This document shows, piece after piece, positions 48,507-61,745 of a stretch of DNA of 64,000 nucleotides (the first letter of the stretch is position 1; the number at the start of each line of letters is the position of its first letter). The stretch comes from Selaginella moellendorffii (taxonomy: Eukaryota > Plantae > Lycopodiophyta): positions 268,064 to 332,063 of the forward strand of contig NW_003314400.1 of assembly GCF_000143415.4 (NCBI RefSeq), read 5' to 3'. A program made the position numbers and the translations under genes. The notes under the pieces are model-generated. The model was not told where the DNA came from and made no database searches. It saw only the letters and a program-made list of their open reading frames with translations.

Positions 48507-49178
48507 ATGGTTTCCGCCGTCCGGCTCGCTGGTGCTGTTGCGACGGGAGTTGTGATAGGTGGAGTGGCGGCTATCTATGGCGGGGCTGTGAAAGCCGCAG
48601 TGGATTCCATCAGCACCGGGATCAAGGAAGCAGCTGAGGCGGGGGGCGGAGCTCTAGGGAAATCCCTGGAGCTGAAAGAGGCCCTGGCAGAAGGAGGAAA
48701 GGCGCTGGAGCTGAAAGACGCCCTAGCAGCAGGAGGAAAGTCGCTGGATTTTGGTGGATCTCTTGGGACGGGGCTGTGTGCCCATGGCCTCAATAGCGTT
48801 GGCCAGGGGATCAGCTCGGGCCTCAATGGCCTTGGCAAGGGGGTCGGCTCTGGCCTTAATGGCATTGCCATGGGGATCGGCTCGGGCCTCGGCTCGATTG
48901 GCGTGGGGATCGGGATTGCTGGCATCGTCATTGGGCGCGGGATCTGCAAGCTTGCGGCTTCACAGAAGACCCTCGTCGAGAAGCTCGTCTCTGCAGTGGT
49001 CGTGCGCTCGGAGCCGGACAGGTCAGGCTCCGGAAAGCTCTCCAAGACGCAGCTCAGCTCCTCCGGCAACCCTGGAGAGGCACAGCTCGGCCTCTCCAAC
49101 CCTGGCGAGGCGCACGCTCAGCTCTCCGACCCTGGCAAGGCGCACGCTCAGCTCTCCGACCCTGGCAGCGAGATGTGA
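48507..49178 (+). CDS. Glycine-zipper / amphipathic-repeat protein (unknown family)
   Basis: 223-aa ORF: hydrophobic N-terminus, 13-aa repeats (GKSLELKEALAEG), 11-aa repeats (GLNGLGKGVGS), Gly-rich hydrophobic segment, and 10-aa C-terminal repeats (HAQLSDPGKA). Confidence 0.75.
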   Translation: MVSAVRLAGAVATGVVIGGVAAIYGGAVKAAVDSISTGIKEAAEAGGGALGKSLELKEALAEGGKALELKDALAAGGKSLDFGGSLGTGLCAHGLNSVGQGISSGLNGLGKGVGSGLNGIAMGIGSGLGSIGVGIGIAGIVIGRGICKLAASQKTLVEKLVSAVVVRSEPDRSGSGKLSKTQLSSSGNPGEAQLGLSNPGEAHAQLSDPGKAHAQLSDPGSEM

Positions 49179-50142
49179 TGGTAAAACTGTGTTCTTCCTC
49201 CTTTGTTTCTTTTCTTGACGCTTTTTTCTTGCAAGGTGGATCAAAGAAAGGCGGACTCTCTCTCGATCGGTTCTCTCTCTCTCTCTCTCTCTCGCTCAGG
49301 TCTTCCTTTTTTGTGGAATTCTCAAGAATTCGTCTTTTTGTGTAGACTGAGCTGCTAGCAAGTTTTCTCTGTGTCTTTGCTGGAACAGCAGGCACACTTT
49401 CGGATCGTCACAGAATCGTCGTTGTTATAGAGTCTAGGATGTAAAAATGTTAAATATATACCAGAATGTAACGAATCTTGTCTATGATATAGCTTCTGTT
49501 CCTTTTTCCTCTTGGGCTTAACTCGGTCGACCAGAAAGTCCACAAGCAATACAACATTCACCATGCGTAAAGTCGATCCAAAGTTCCAGCGTGACTCCAG
49601 AGCACGCCACCAGCCTCAAAAAACGGTGGCCAGGGAAGATTAAGATTGATCCGGAGATCTTGCAACCCGTGGATGGATTTCCAGCGCTTCCACGGACATT
49701 TTCTATCACGTATGATTTTCTTGCGACTGTTAGCATCGATTTTCTTATACTTTTGGAACTATGGACAGGATCATGGAGTTAACTTTGGAGGAACAGTTGG
49801 GAAGGTAACTTAACTTGGATGAGTTCTTGTTTCTCAGACTGAAGCAAGATATGGCTGGAGTGATTGATGTTTGCTGGATCCAGGGAGGACCATGCCACAG
49901 TCCAGCTTGAGCTCCAAAGCGATGGTACACTGAGGAGTGTTATGAACCACATTCAAGAACAACTCCTAGAAATGGAGGTAAGCAACAAGCCTTGTGTTTT
50001 CGTGCGCTGCATGACGAAACTTTTTCATATCAAGGAAGATCAGCGTCTGTGAGAGATCGATCAAAATCCCACAAACAAAACGACAAAGCTTCATGCATAT
50101 AGTCGACTGGAAATGACTCCAGGCCGGGCTTAGAAGTTAAGA

Positions 50143-51680
50143 ATGAATGCAGTAACTCCGGGAACTCTAACTCTCACGGCAGATTCCAGATGGAGGAGGA
50201 AGGAGATGATAGACACATACGAAGCTCTTCTCAAGCAGTATGGAAACTCCAAGTCACTCAGACGGGTTCACTCACAGATGATCTCTAATGGTCTCGACGG
50301 GGATACGTACCTGGGAAATCTCTTGGTGCAAATGTATGGAAGGTGTGGAAGCCTGGACGACGCTCGAGCTGCTTACCGAGGGATCCACCAGCGGAACGTG
50401 TTCTCCTGGACGATACTCATCTCGCTTCTTGTCCAGAATGGTCGATGCAGTGACGCTGATTAGCGTCCTGGAGGCTTGTGCGAGCCTGAGAGCATTGGTA
50501 GAAGGAAAGACAATTCACGAGAGGATAGTTGCAAGTGGAGTAGAGACGGATGTGTTTGTGGGAACTGCAGTGAGCTTCTACGGAAAATGCGAGGCTGTAG
50601 AAGACGCAAGACAGGTGTTTGATCGGGTAATGGACAAAGACATTGTTTGCTGGAATGCAATGACCGGAGCGTATGCACAGCACCATTGCGAGGAGAAAGC
50701 GTTTGCATTGTACCTGGAGATGGTGGAGAATAAATTGCCGCTCATCACGCTCCTGGACTCTTGTTCGAGCACCTGCAAAATGGAAAGGGGATCGTCACTC
50801 CACAGAGAAGCTGCTGCTAGAGGATACCTGTCCCACACGTCCGTCGTCAACGCGCTCATCAACATGTATGCCAAGTGTGGAAGCCTCGAAAACGCGACGA
50901 GAGTGTTTATCGAGGCAACAAACCGCACTACCAACGCGATCACCTGGAACACCATGATAGTAGCCAACGCACAGGAGGATCTAAATCTCGAGGCCCTGCA
51001 AATATACCACAGAATGAATCAAGAAGGGATAAAAGCAAGCGACGTTACTTACGGTACTGTTCTTGCTGTCTGTGCCAATCTTGGTGAATTTACCACGGGC
51101 CGAGAAGTCCACTCTCGCAGTCTTGCCACTAGATGCTGCTCGGACGTCGTAAAAAACTCTCTTATGTGTCTGTGTGGAAACTTGGAGGCCGCTCAAACTG
51201 CTTTCGAGAGTGTCGCAAGTAAAAACGTCGTTTCCTGGTCTTCAATCGTTGCGGCTTATGCACGGAACGGCGAAGAAGACAGAGCTCGCAACCTGTTCTG
51301 GACGATGAATCAGGACGGAGTGCTGCGGAATATTGTTACGTTCACTTCTGTTCTTCATGCCTGCTCTCATGCCGGACTGGCCGACGAAGGATGGAGCTAC
51401 TTTCTCTCCATGCAGGGAGACCACCATCTAGAGCCAACTCCCGAGCACTACGGATGCATGGCCAACTTGCTCGCCAAGTCCGGCTGGGTGAAGCACGCTG
51501 CAAGCTTCATGTCCGCCATGCCGGTTCAACCTGATGCTTCAGCCTGGAGGAGCCTACTTGGTGCTTGTGAGGTCCACACTGACAACGAATATGGTGCTCT
51601 AGAAGCAAAGCAGCTGTTGGATGCAGAACCCCGAAATTCTGCGGCCTATCTACTGCTATATGAAACTGAATTAGCACCGG
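50143..51680 (+). pseudogene. Inverted duplicate of PPR 36912-38846
   Basis: Near-identical sequence with a frameshifting deletion of about 360 bp at about 50442 and several small deletions. Confidence 0.9.
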
Positions 51681-51704
51681 AAAGTATGTTACATACTACT
51701 ACAA

Positions 51705-53022
51705 GTTAGAAGTTATCCGTCTCGATATCAGCATCCATGTTGAACGACATGCCATNNNNNNNNNNNNNNNNNNNNNNNNNNNNNNNNNNNNNNNNNNNNN
51801 NNNNNNNNNNNNNNNNNNNNNNNNNNNNNNNNNNNNNNNNNNNNNNNNNNNNNNNCGATAGTGGAGAGAAGATACTGCAAACCGCAAGGAGCCATTCAAT
51901 CACACAATTCCCACAGGTAAAGAAATGGCGTACCTGGCTTCGCTTGTGACGTCCACTGGTGACGAAGTTGACCATCCTGTAATCGTCAATCTGCCGGAAG
52001 CGGAACTTGTAAATAATTACAAAACTCTTGGTAAAAAACAAACCAATTCTGCGAGTGCGGCGTTGAGCTTTCCGTATCGTGGAGCGGTATTTGCGTTCAT
52101 CTCCGACAGTAGGAAAACCGGATCAGGGTCAAGGTAGCTACACACAAAATTGTGAAAACAAAGTAAGTAATATTGGATTGGTAGCACGTACTCTTCGATG
52201 TCTCTTTTCTTGGCCACGAGATCCATCTTCGTGAGGACATTCACATGAGGAAGTTCGAGTTGGACCATAGCAGACAAGGACGACAGGCATCCACTTATAT
52301 ACTTGGTAACATCCGAAACAAACTGCACAAGAACAAAAGCAAACTTCTGTCTGTCATACACCAAATCAATCCGAGTAGGAGCTACCTGAGAATCAAGGAG
52401 GTAGACCGCGCACAGATTAAAATCCCAGCGCTTAAGTTGTTCGACGAGGCTTTTAAACACGGGGATGTGTGTGTAGAGCTCAATCTGACCTGTGTAATAC
52501 CACTACAACTAAAACTAGTGAATAGAAACTACATAAACCTGGACAGTCGAAGACAACGTCATCGTCGATATAGTCTTCTAGTTTCTCCGCAAGCCAGTCG
52601 TCCATATTCTCCTCAAGATATCTACACTAGAAATGGTCAGCCAGAAATCCTTGTGTAGAAACTAACACCACGAAAGCTCTACTCAAATCTTACATGCAAT
52701 AGATGAGGCCTCCGTTTGGTCCATAGTTAAATTCTTCCATCACATCCTCTAGAGGAACAAGCTCTCTTATATCTGATGAAAAATAGATCCAAACTAAAAT
52801 CTTTGCAACACTGAAATCTTTACAGACCTGCAGCAACCGCGTATTTGAAATCCTCCGCCGCTGGCTCGAGATTGATCACATCCAGGTTCCGCCCGATCGT
52901 GTTGCAATGCTGCTGCAAATGGTAGCAATACGTCGACTGCAAGATCGAGATCAGAGATTGAGCACAGGAACCGCGAAATCTCACTCGCCTTGCCGCTGCC
53001 CGCCGTGGGCGTAGCGAGTCAT
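51705..53022 (-). pseudogene. Inverted duplicate of GPN3 (spans an N gap)
   Basis: A deletion in exon 1 removes part of QLVIGP and shifts the frame; first donor GT changed to GC; further indels. Confidence 0.88.
51756..51855. other. Assembly gap
   Basis: Run of N. Confidence 1.
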
Positions 53023-53139
53023 TTTGAAAATGCCTAAGACCTAAACCTCGAGAAATATACTCGGTATATTCATTGACAGTTTTCTTTTCCAAATTAGGGT
53101 TAAGTTAACATCCATCGGACGGTTAGAATTCAACTGGGT

Positions 53140-54675
53140 GTTACTTGCGTTTGAGCTCTTCAGCAGCGGTGGCGGCTTTGAGCGAGACTGGATTTGTGGA
53201 AGCCTTCAATGGATTCATGGCTGTTCTAGTTTTTGACATGTTCCATGCAGTAGTGACAACATGGCCTGCGGTTGAAAGCCCCTCTTTTGTCAATTATCTA
53301 GAGCAAAGATTTCTCTTGATTCATCAAGCACAACAGTGATCAATCTAACCTGTGTGATACGACTTGGCATGTTACTAGAGTTTTTCACGACATGACGTTC
53401 TTCCCAGCCAGCTCCAAAGCATCGAAAACTTTCACTGCGATCTCACATACAATGTGATCATCCATTTTCTGGGAGAGATTGCGAAGAACTTGGCTTACCA
53501 AAGGCATCCAAAGTGGCAATTGCGGCTTCTCCACGCAACAGCCCGATCAATGCAGCCCCTGGCTTAGTTTTCAGCGCAGAGGAAGTGATCGATTCAGTGG
53601 CAGTGACAACTCCAGTGAGAAGACCACTCGCGAGCGTCTCAGTAATCTTTGAGATTTGCTTCGCACTAGTCAAAGAGCCAGTAAAAAGACTAGTCAAAGA
53701 TAGTAAGCGCAAGAACTTACGTCCCGATGTTCTTCATTGTCTTGGGGCTGACCTTTGACGGCTTTTTTTTCGGTTTGATGTGCTTCTGCATCAACAATCC
53801 GCTGCGCTCCGATCTGCGTCGCAATTAGTTCGCTCACCCAGAGGATTCCTCGCACGATATGCCCCGAGCCACTGGCAATCGCCTTTGCGATCGCGCTTTG
53901 ATAGTCATCGGCGTTGGGAGCCAGTTGCTCCAAGTAGTAGTTCTTCTTCTTCTTGTGAGCTTCACTCCAGCGATTCCTTGATTACCGTCACCTTGCACCA
54001 TCTCCACGAGCTCCTCGTCTTGATCTTTCAGGAGCGCTGGAACTGGCACCAGCGAGCTATAGCTTTCGAGGGCCAAATCCAGCTCCTTGAGATCGCATCT
54101 CCAGGGAGGGTGACACCTATTTGAGAACTTCCGCGCTTGACTTAAACGAGACCTTCTGTTTCCCTTCGCTGGAAGGTTGATCCTCATCTTCAACTGGCAG
54201 TCTCAAGCTAAAAACGTAGTGACTCTCGCTGAGCTTCAAGACTGGAGTGTCCTTCGCCAGCGGCCACTGGAGCTCGTCTCCAAGCCTGACGATGGCTGCG
54301 ACCACGCTACCGTTCTGGACGATCCTTATGACGCTAAGATCTCCAGACGCGAGAAGAACACTTTCCGATCCAGCCTGATCGTGATCCATGAGTAAACCTT
54401 TGCATTTGGAAGTGTGACGAGAACTTCCAGGATAGAATTTGCCGCCGTTAAAGCTTCTTGCTCCATGGATCCATCGCTGGCTACTTGAGCTGCTGCATTT
54501 TCCTCCTCGGATATGGCTTCCACCGCTCTCGCCAGCGCCATGTCTTGATCATCTTGAGAAAGCTTTGGCTTTTTGCTTGGACTCCCACCATGATCGTCTA
54601 CTGCTTGCTCACTACTCTCTGGAGCATTCTCTTTCTCCTTTGCGCTGGACGAGCGAGTTCTCCTGCGAGAAAGAG
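53140..54675 (-). pseudogene. Inverted duplicate of the ERD7-like gene
   Basis: Lacks the first codons; several frameshifts split it into ORFs 54326-54697, 54117-54389, 53834-54193 and 53694-53933. Confidence 0.9.
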
Positions 54676-57600
54676 CTAATCGACTCATCCACTTCACTAC
54701 ACTACCTCACTCAAACTGTGTATTCTTTCCACCATAAAGCGACTAGCTCCTCTTCTCTCTAGCAAAAAAGGAAGACAAAGCACTAGAATCGATCGGGAAT
54801 ACAAAAGGTTGACATACATTGTCCACTCTTGCAAGAGTTAATTAGAAGCAATATCATTTTAGACAAGCTTTCAGGAAGTTAGGAAATACATTGACATGGA
54901 TGGAGCAAGTATCTCAAATCCAGCCTCGACTATCTGTATAATCTCTTGACCTGCAATTTGTATGAGTAGTGATATTTCCCAGGTAACATAAGAGGTCAGC
55001 ATTGGTGCTCGAAAGAAGCTCAAGGTTAGGTAAGAAGATTGGAAGCAAGAAAGTCATCACGTACCAGATGGGTTTCTGGATTCAAGGCCATTGTATTCAT
55101 GGCATAGCGCATCACCACCATTACGATTTTTCTGTCCTGGAAATCATCTGGGTAGATGAGGATCAAAAGGAAAAGGAATGTCGAAAGGACTTCGCGATCG
55201 ATCAGCTGGAGCTTCCAAGACATCTCCCTATAACATCCAGCAGCGGCTCCATGCTCTTGCACGTAGAAATCTTTGGTGCGTAGGTACAGCGGCGAGGAGA
55301 GCTTCCTCCACAAAGGCGGAAGAATCCAGGTCGATCGATCGAAATAGAGATCGATTTCAAAACACACGGCCTGAAACAAAAAAATTTAGTTGGGTCTCTG
55401 GCTGTGGATTCGAACCTGTGACCTTGTCAATATTTTTCTTTATTCTATATCCGTGACCTTGCCAATAATTTTCTTTATTTTAGCCGGATATCCGGCCAAC
55501 AGGTTCCCATGCAAAGCGTTCATTAGTAGCTTCTTAATGTATCTCTAATTTTTAAATGAATCGCAGTCTCGCTCGTGTTCGCTGCTCACGGACAGCGTAA
55601 TTTCCGTAGAGAAGTTCCAATTTCTTGCGAAGTGTTCTCTGGAAGCGCTCCAAGTTTCCTAGGAAAAAGGTTATGATTGAGCATTTACTGCTCTTCAATG
55701 CCTGAATCTCGGGTACTGTTCTCAGATCTCTGCTTACCCTGGAGATTTTGCGAGTAAATACTCAACCATCTGTTTAAGATCCCCAATCTGCCAGATTTCT
55801 GCTAGCAAACACTCTTAAAACTCTCATGTCACCAGCAACTCTTGCAACTTCGCAGCTGTGACGAAGATTAACCTTGACAAATGCAAAGAGTTTTTGGCAA
55901 AGCTCATCTTGCCAAGAAATCCGAGCTGGATCCGGTAGAAGTTTTCTGAGCGTTTAACGGTGTGCTCCAGGAGACAAAAGCTGACAAATGTACAAGGAAA
56001 AGGCTGTGACGACATTGAAGCGAGACAATTCCATGCCTCGAGAGATTCCTCAATTCAAGCAAAGCGGGCGAAAAATGTCTAGATAATGCTTGTAGTCTGA
56101 CAGGACAGTTGAAGAGAAGTACTCAATCGCTGGGTAGCTGCCCTGCAAAATTTCTGCTAGTAAACACTGTTAAAACTCTCATGTCACCAGTGCGAAGATC
56201 GAGTCCCTCTCATTAGAAACTTTAAAAAACAAAAAGTTTTAGTACTGTGGCGATTCTTTGCCTTATCCCTGGAATGAGGACACAAGAGCAGTATATAAGC
56301 CAGGGTCGGAAAGGATACATACTTACCTGGAGGGTCTTGGTGATCATGAAGGCCAATGGCCTGTTGGCCGGCCTACCATCTTCCCAAAGTGGAGGAGTGG
56401 ATGTCGTAATTTGTGGGAGTTGAGGGCTCGCATATGCGTGGCCCTCTCCAAATTCAAGCTCTTAAGATGGAAACGTTGATTTCTGCTAAACAAGAGTTAG
56501 AACAGCAACTTGAATCTTTCAATCTTTATGATCTAACAAACAAGTTTTCAAGTCTCTGCGATCCCTTGCTGGAGAAAGTGAAGGACATATCGTCGTTTTC
56601 GATGTAGCCACCAAAGTCACTGTTCTTGGCTTGCCAGGTGCCTGACTATGAAGAGCACGGTGTCTAGATCGTCCAGTGCTTATAAGCAAAGCAAAGAACA
56701 AGAAATCAAAAGGAGCTTATGTGTGTGAACTAGTGGTGCTCGAATGCTGAATCCTGTGATCCACGCAAGAACTTTGTCAATGACATGATAGCAGAGAGTA
56801 AGACTTACCTGTAGCATGAAATCGACTCTAACATCGGGACTTCCAGACAGCCTTTCCATCACCATACTACCATAGCTTTTCTTCTCTTTAGTGGGACTCT
56901 CCTCATCTACTGCAAGATCATTCGTAACTGTGTTAGAAGCGAATGCCAATGACACAAGAAGCATACATTTTCTATCCGAGCTTATCTTGAGCTCTGATAG
57001 CAAAACTTACAATGCATCCCAATATGTAGAGGCTTGCCTCCTTTGTGGTATGGAATAAACTCCGGCTTCTTGTCGACGAAATCCTTTGATATCAGAGGTT
57101 CCGCTCTGTAATCACGAAGAAAGGATAGATGTAAATGCTTCTAACACAAAAGTATATTGATACCTGTAAGTGACAGGATCAAATGGTTGAAATATGCTCA
57201 TCATTTTCCTGCATGCTGGCACTTCTTCTTTGATGCCTTCATCTTCCCATTACTCATGACCCATTCCTACGCAAATGCATTCAATATATGTTGCAACGTC
57301 CGTAAATCACACACGTACCCGATTCAAAGTGTACATTTCGGAGCTGAGAAACAATCCCAGTGGTGGTCCAACTGCGAAAAACGTGTCCACCTACAAGAAA
57401 GAAACTTATCAACAGCAAAGAATCAAGCCACCATGGTGTATCTGAAACAAAAGTTTTGTGTACTGAATTCGAGGGGTATGGTATTTTCAAGAAGGAGCTC
57501 GCTCTCCTTGTTTTGTTCCCAATGCTGCATTTGTTCCCAGTGACTTGAGTTCCTTTCTCAAGATCTCAACCTGCAAGCACAAGCTAGATCATATAGAAAT

Positions 57601-59754
57601 GCCACAGGAGATCACGTTCTTTTACCTCTGAATGTAATGCCTTGACTCTCTTCGTCTCCATGTCACTATCAGTGTCAGCTTCTGTAGTTGTACTAGAGTC
57701 TGATCCTTCCTTGCTACTGTCTCTTGAATCATGATCCGAGGAGTGACCAGGTTGCTCTGGCTCCGGTGGACAATGAAGCTCTCAAAACAGCTCTTGTGCA
57801 AGTGCAAATTCACCTTGGACCACCATATTACATATAGCAATTGCATCAAAGATATCCCCATATTCCATAAGAAATGCAAGATCATTAGGCATCTGACCAG
57901 CCTTCAGTGTTTTCCACCACACATTCCGAGTTATCAACCATGACATTCTTTCACTTTGCTTCCTTTACCACCTTCATTGCATTGCCAAAACTCGCTTTGC
58001 AACAGTGGTAAAGCATTGACCTGTAACATCACATTCATCTAACAAACAGATGAAACGATTTAGATGGATGAAATTTCATAATTAACTACCAATGTAAATC
58101 AGCTGGAGGCTTATACTTTCATTTGCTAAGATGCTTCTGTAACCTGTTCATTAGTCAAAGAATCCCTTGCCATCTCTATGATGATCTTCTTATAGATATT
58201 GTTTTTTTTTTTTTTTGTCTTTCTTTTTTGCTCTTGGGGTTAAAGACACTAGAACTTTAACTGCCTTTTCCAGTAAATTAGAGGTTAAGAATGCATTGAT
58301 GTGAAGGGTGACAGTTTCTTTTTCCTGATAACTCCAACATTCTGAGAAAAAAAGATTCTTTGAATTTCATGGCAGAAAAAACCTGAAATTCATGTTTGCT
58401 CAGTGATCGATGGGGTTTAAGCTCATGAAAGAAAGATAAAAAGATGGCCTCTATGCATCAATTCATATCTGGAAAAAGTTTGAAGTAGTATTTCAAGTAA
58501 GCGGTGGAGTAGCCACTTTCCTTGTCCATCATGAGTCCTCAAAGTTACCACATGCTTGTAGTGGAAGGACACTCCATGGTTTGTTTGAGTTGTGTGGACT
58601 CAAACAAGAAAAACTTACTTGGCACATTGAATAGAGCCTTTTGGATTTTCTGTGTGAACTTTGTAGCTTAGTGTCTAGTTGGAGTAGCTTTTGATTCAAA
58701 TACTCAATGTGACAGAGCAAAGAGGAATAGAAAAAATGCAAAGCACTCATTTAAATAGCATGCTTGTACCACCCTAGAAGGGTCCAATGAACAAACTAGT
58801 CACTCAATCCATATGGCATGGAATATCTCTGATCAACACAGCTTTGTCACTCTTTACTTGCCAGTAGTAGCCTCAAGATGTGAAACAATCATGTGCATGT
58901 GACCCAACCTCACAGTGCACTCCAAATGCCAACATAAGATCTCTAAACATGCTCACTCCAAAGTACTCAAGATGCTGAAAGAAACACATTTACTGTTTAA
59001 ACAAAAGAACCCATATTCATAGAATAAATATAAACACACTTCAATCCAAGCCACACTCAATACTTGTAAGAAACAAAACTTCTTTAGTCTAGAGCACACT
59101 CCAAGAAACATTGTTATATAGAATCCTTGAGGGGTGGGGGTGAGGCCCAACCTAACCCTCACTCCCTATTGTTTCTTGCTTTTATTCTCCAACTTTGAGA
59201 TTCTTGAATGTGTTGAGAAGTGAATCCATGAATATGTAAGGATGAAAATTTAATTAGAGCAGTAAAGTTATACCACACACACTTGTAATTCATGAGCAAT
59301 GACATGGATTAGGGCTTGTGAGGTGGTAGAGTTAGCTCTTGCGAGCTGGTATGCCAACCATCAGAGACAGTGCTGACTTGGTTCGTTGTTGTGCTGCGAG
59401 CAATTCCATTCGATCTGATTGATGGGTTTTTCGTGTCTCTGCCTCTGTTTCAGTACACTACTTGTCGTTGAGCTTGTGGAGGTCTGAAAAAAAAAAAAAA
59501 CCAAAAGATGAAAAAGAAAAACACTGTCAACATTTTTCTGCCTGGTCTCTCCTCAAGTCTCAGTTTTCTGATCGGGCCTCTCGTCTCCGTTGTTGTCATG
59601 GTCACGTATATATACATTATGTAATGTATGTTTTCTTCTTGGTATATATATGGTCATGGTCAAGAGAGTGAGATGAGAGCTTTTTTGGTGTCCAAACCTT
59701 TACCTTGAAAATGAAAGTATCTTTTATAGTATATTCTAGGGTTTTAGGGTTTAT

Positions 59755-60327
59755 TTGAAATTTAGGGCTTCGTTCCCTGCGGCTGGAGAATCACTTGCCT
59801 TCAAGGAGGCGATCCAAGCTGGAGGGACATCTCTAGGGGGCTCCCTTGATCTGAATGCTCTCGGTGGATCCTTGGGTGGATCTCTTGGAAAGACAGGAGT
59901 GGCACTTGGTGAGCAGCTGAGCACTCAAGTGAAAGGTGGACTCTGTGCCCTGGGTGGAAAGCATTGGAGCAGGGATTATCCTCTTTCGATTCAAATCCTC
60001 AACATTCGAGAGAAGCGAAAGGAGTCAACAGAATAAGCAAGGACCAATGGAAAAGGGCTGCAGAGAGTCAAAACTTTAAATAGCATGCTAACAAAGGGGC
60101 TACACATAGGGTTACATTTTGAGATGGAGAATGCAGGGGTCGGGATCGCGATAAGGGATGGTCTCTATTGTCATGGTAGAGCGCTGCGTATGGGGTTTGG
60201 GATATGTGGCCTTTGTATTGGCATCGGTCTTGCTTGTATTGGCCATGCCATAGGAAAATTTGCCAACAGCGTGGGCAAAGTTGCTGACTCCATGAGAAAG
60301 CTGTTGGAAACTAGTAGTTATTTGTAA
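59755..60327 (+). pseudogene. Disrupted member of the glycine-zipper family
   Basis: AAGESLAFKEAIQAGGTSLGGSLDL and GFGICGLCIGIGLACIGHAIGKFANSVGK resemble 48507-49178. No ATG-initiated N-terminus; split over two ORFs. Confidence 0.7.
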
Positions 60328-61643
60328 TTCTTATTAAATCTAATTTCCAACAAGTATACGTATTGGAACTTTTAAGTTCGTTTATAGTGGATAGGATAGG
60401 GCGTGTTTGATCTCTAATTCTGTTACAAGTCATTTCCCAGGCACTGCAAGTTGGTTTTAAGGCTTAATTTGTGACTGGAAAAAAAAGAGTCACATCATGC
60501 CTCACTAGTGGGAGGGACGTTCTCTTATTATCAAAGGGTTTCTAAGGTGATCTCAGGTACAGCTGTGTTGAACCTGCACTCCACAAAGTTGGACCTTTCC
60601 CAAACTTGGGGGGCAGCTGCACACACGTGTGGTTGGTCCATGTACATATACGTGAATATAAAACTTTTCATGTAAAATGGAAAGTTTTTGTAAGTTATGA
60701 ATGGATTTTTGTTTTGGTATGGTCATGCATGGTTTTGCATGTTATATATAAAAATCCAGCGTTACATTAGAGAGAGAGAGAGTGGGGTACATGTGACCAT
60801 AGCCACATCAGTACCACACAAAACCATGATTTGTGCATAGCATGAATTGCACTCTTGGTCACACTGGCTCAACAAATGAAGTTTATTTTGCAATCTAATA
60901 ATTTGTGAATGGATGAGGAAACATTTTTGCTGTGCAAAAACCCATTTTATGCACATTTTTTATGGTGAGCTATGCCCATGATCTGCACCAGCTCAACACT
61001 ATCCCATAGGCAAAGCCCTACAATCGCTTTATGATCAAGTGGTTCCTCAACAAATAAGTAAGTTCTTGCATGGACATGATAGAAAGCTACAAAAATAAAA
61101 ATTTTGCTACATTTATTAGTGTAATTAAACTCTTGCTAAGGTTAAAAGCACCTTTTTGACAGTTTCTTGAGAGAATTGCTCACCTTCAAGGAGGTAGGGA
61201 AAAAAACCCTCATGAATCTTCATAATTCCATGTGTTGTTGAAATAGCTTTTAATTCAAATTCTCAACCTTGTAGAAAAATTGTTAATACAAGAACAAGAT
61301 TTAAGAATGAGGAAAATGAAACAAACAAGAGTGAAGAACTAGAAAATTGCCAATGGAAGAAATCAATTAATCTCAATCTTCAGGATGCGGCAATCCCATC
61401 CAATGTGTCTATAATAGATTGGCAAGTGATTCATTTATTTTTTCTATTGGTTTTCACTGTAACCGTGTGGCTCAGTTTTTTGACTGTCTGTTGGTTGTGT
61501 ATATATACATGACGATAAATATACGTTTTCCTTATGTTTTTTTAAATCTCTCTCGATAAGAACAATAAAATATTGATATATTCTTTCAAAGATTTTACTT
61601 TTAAAGTTTAACCCATTGCTTGTGTGTTTTTGAAAAAAAAAAA

Positions 61644-61745
61644 ATGGTTTCTTCTTTCGGGATCGTAACCGCAATAGCAACCAGAGTTGTCATTGGTGGT
61701 GTGGCGTTGTTTTGTGGCACGGATGCAAATTTGAAATGGGGATAG
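61644..61745 (+). pseudogene. Truncated N-terminus of another glycine-zipper family copy
   Basis: MVSSFGIVTAIATRVVIGGVALFCG...stop versus MVSAVRLAGAVATGVVIGGVAAIYG at 48507. Confidence 0.75.

Noticed and set aside
49500-50060. Possible ubiquitin-like header exon of a CR-type gene
   Set aside because: Resemblance too weak and frames inconsistent.
55390-55430. tRNA gene
   Set aside because: Only a B-box; the T-stem does not pair and no cloverleaf forms.
58500-59330. Solo LTR or retroelement end (purine tract near 59128)
   Set aside because: No paired LTR, TG...CA boundaries or target-site duplication could be established.
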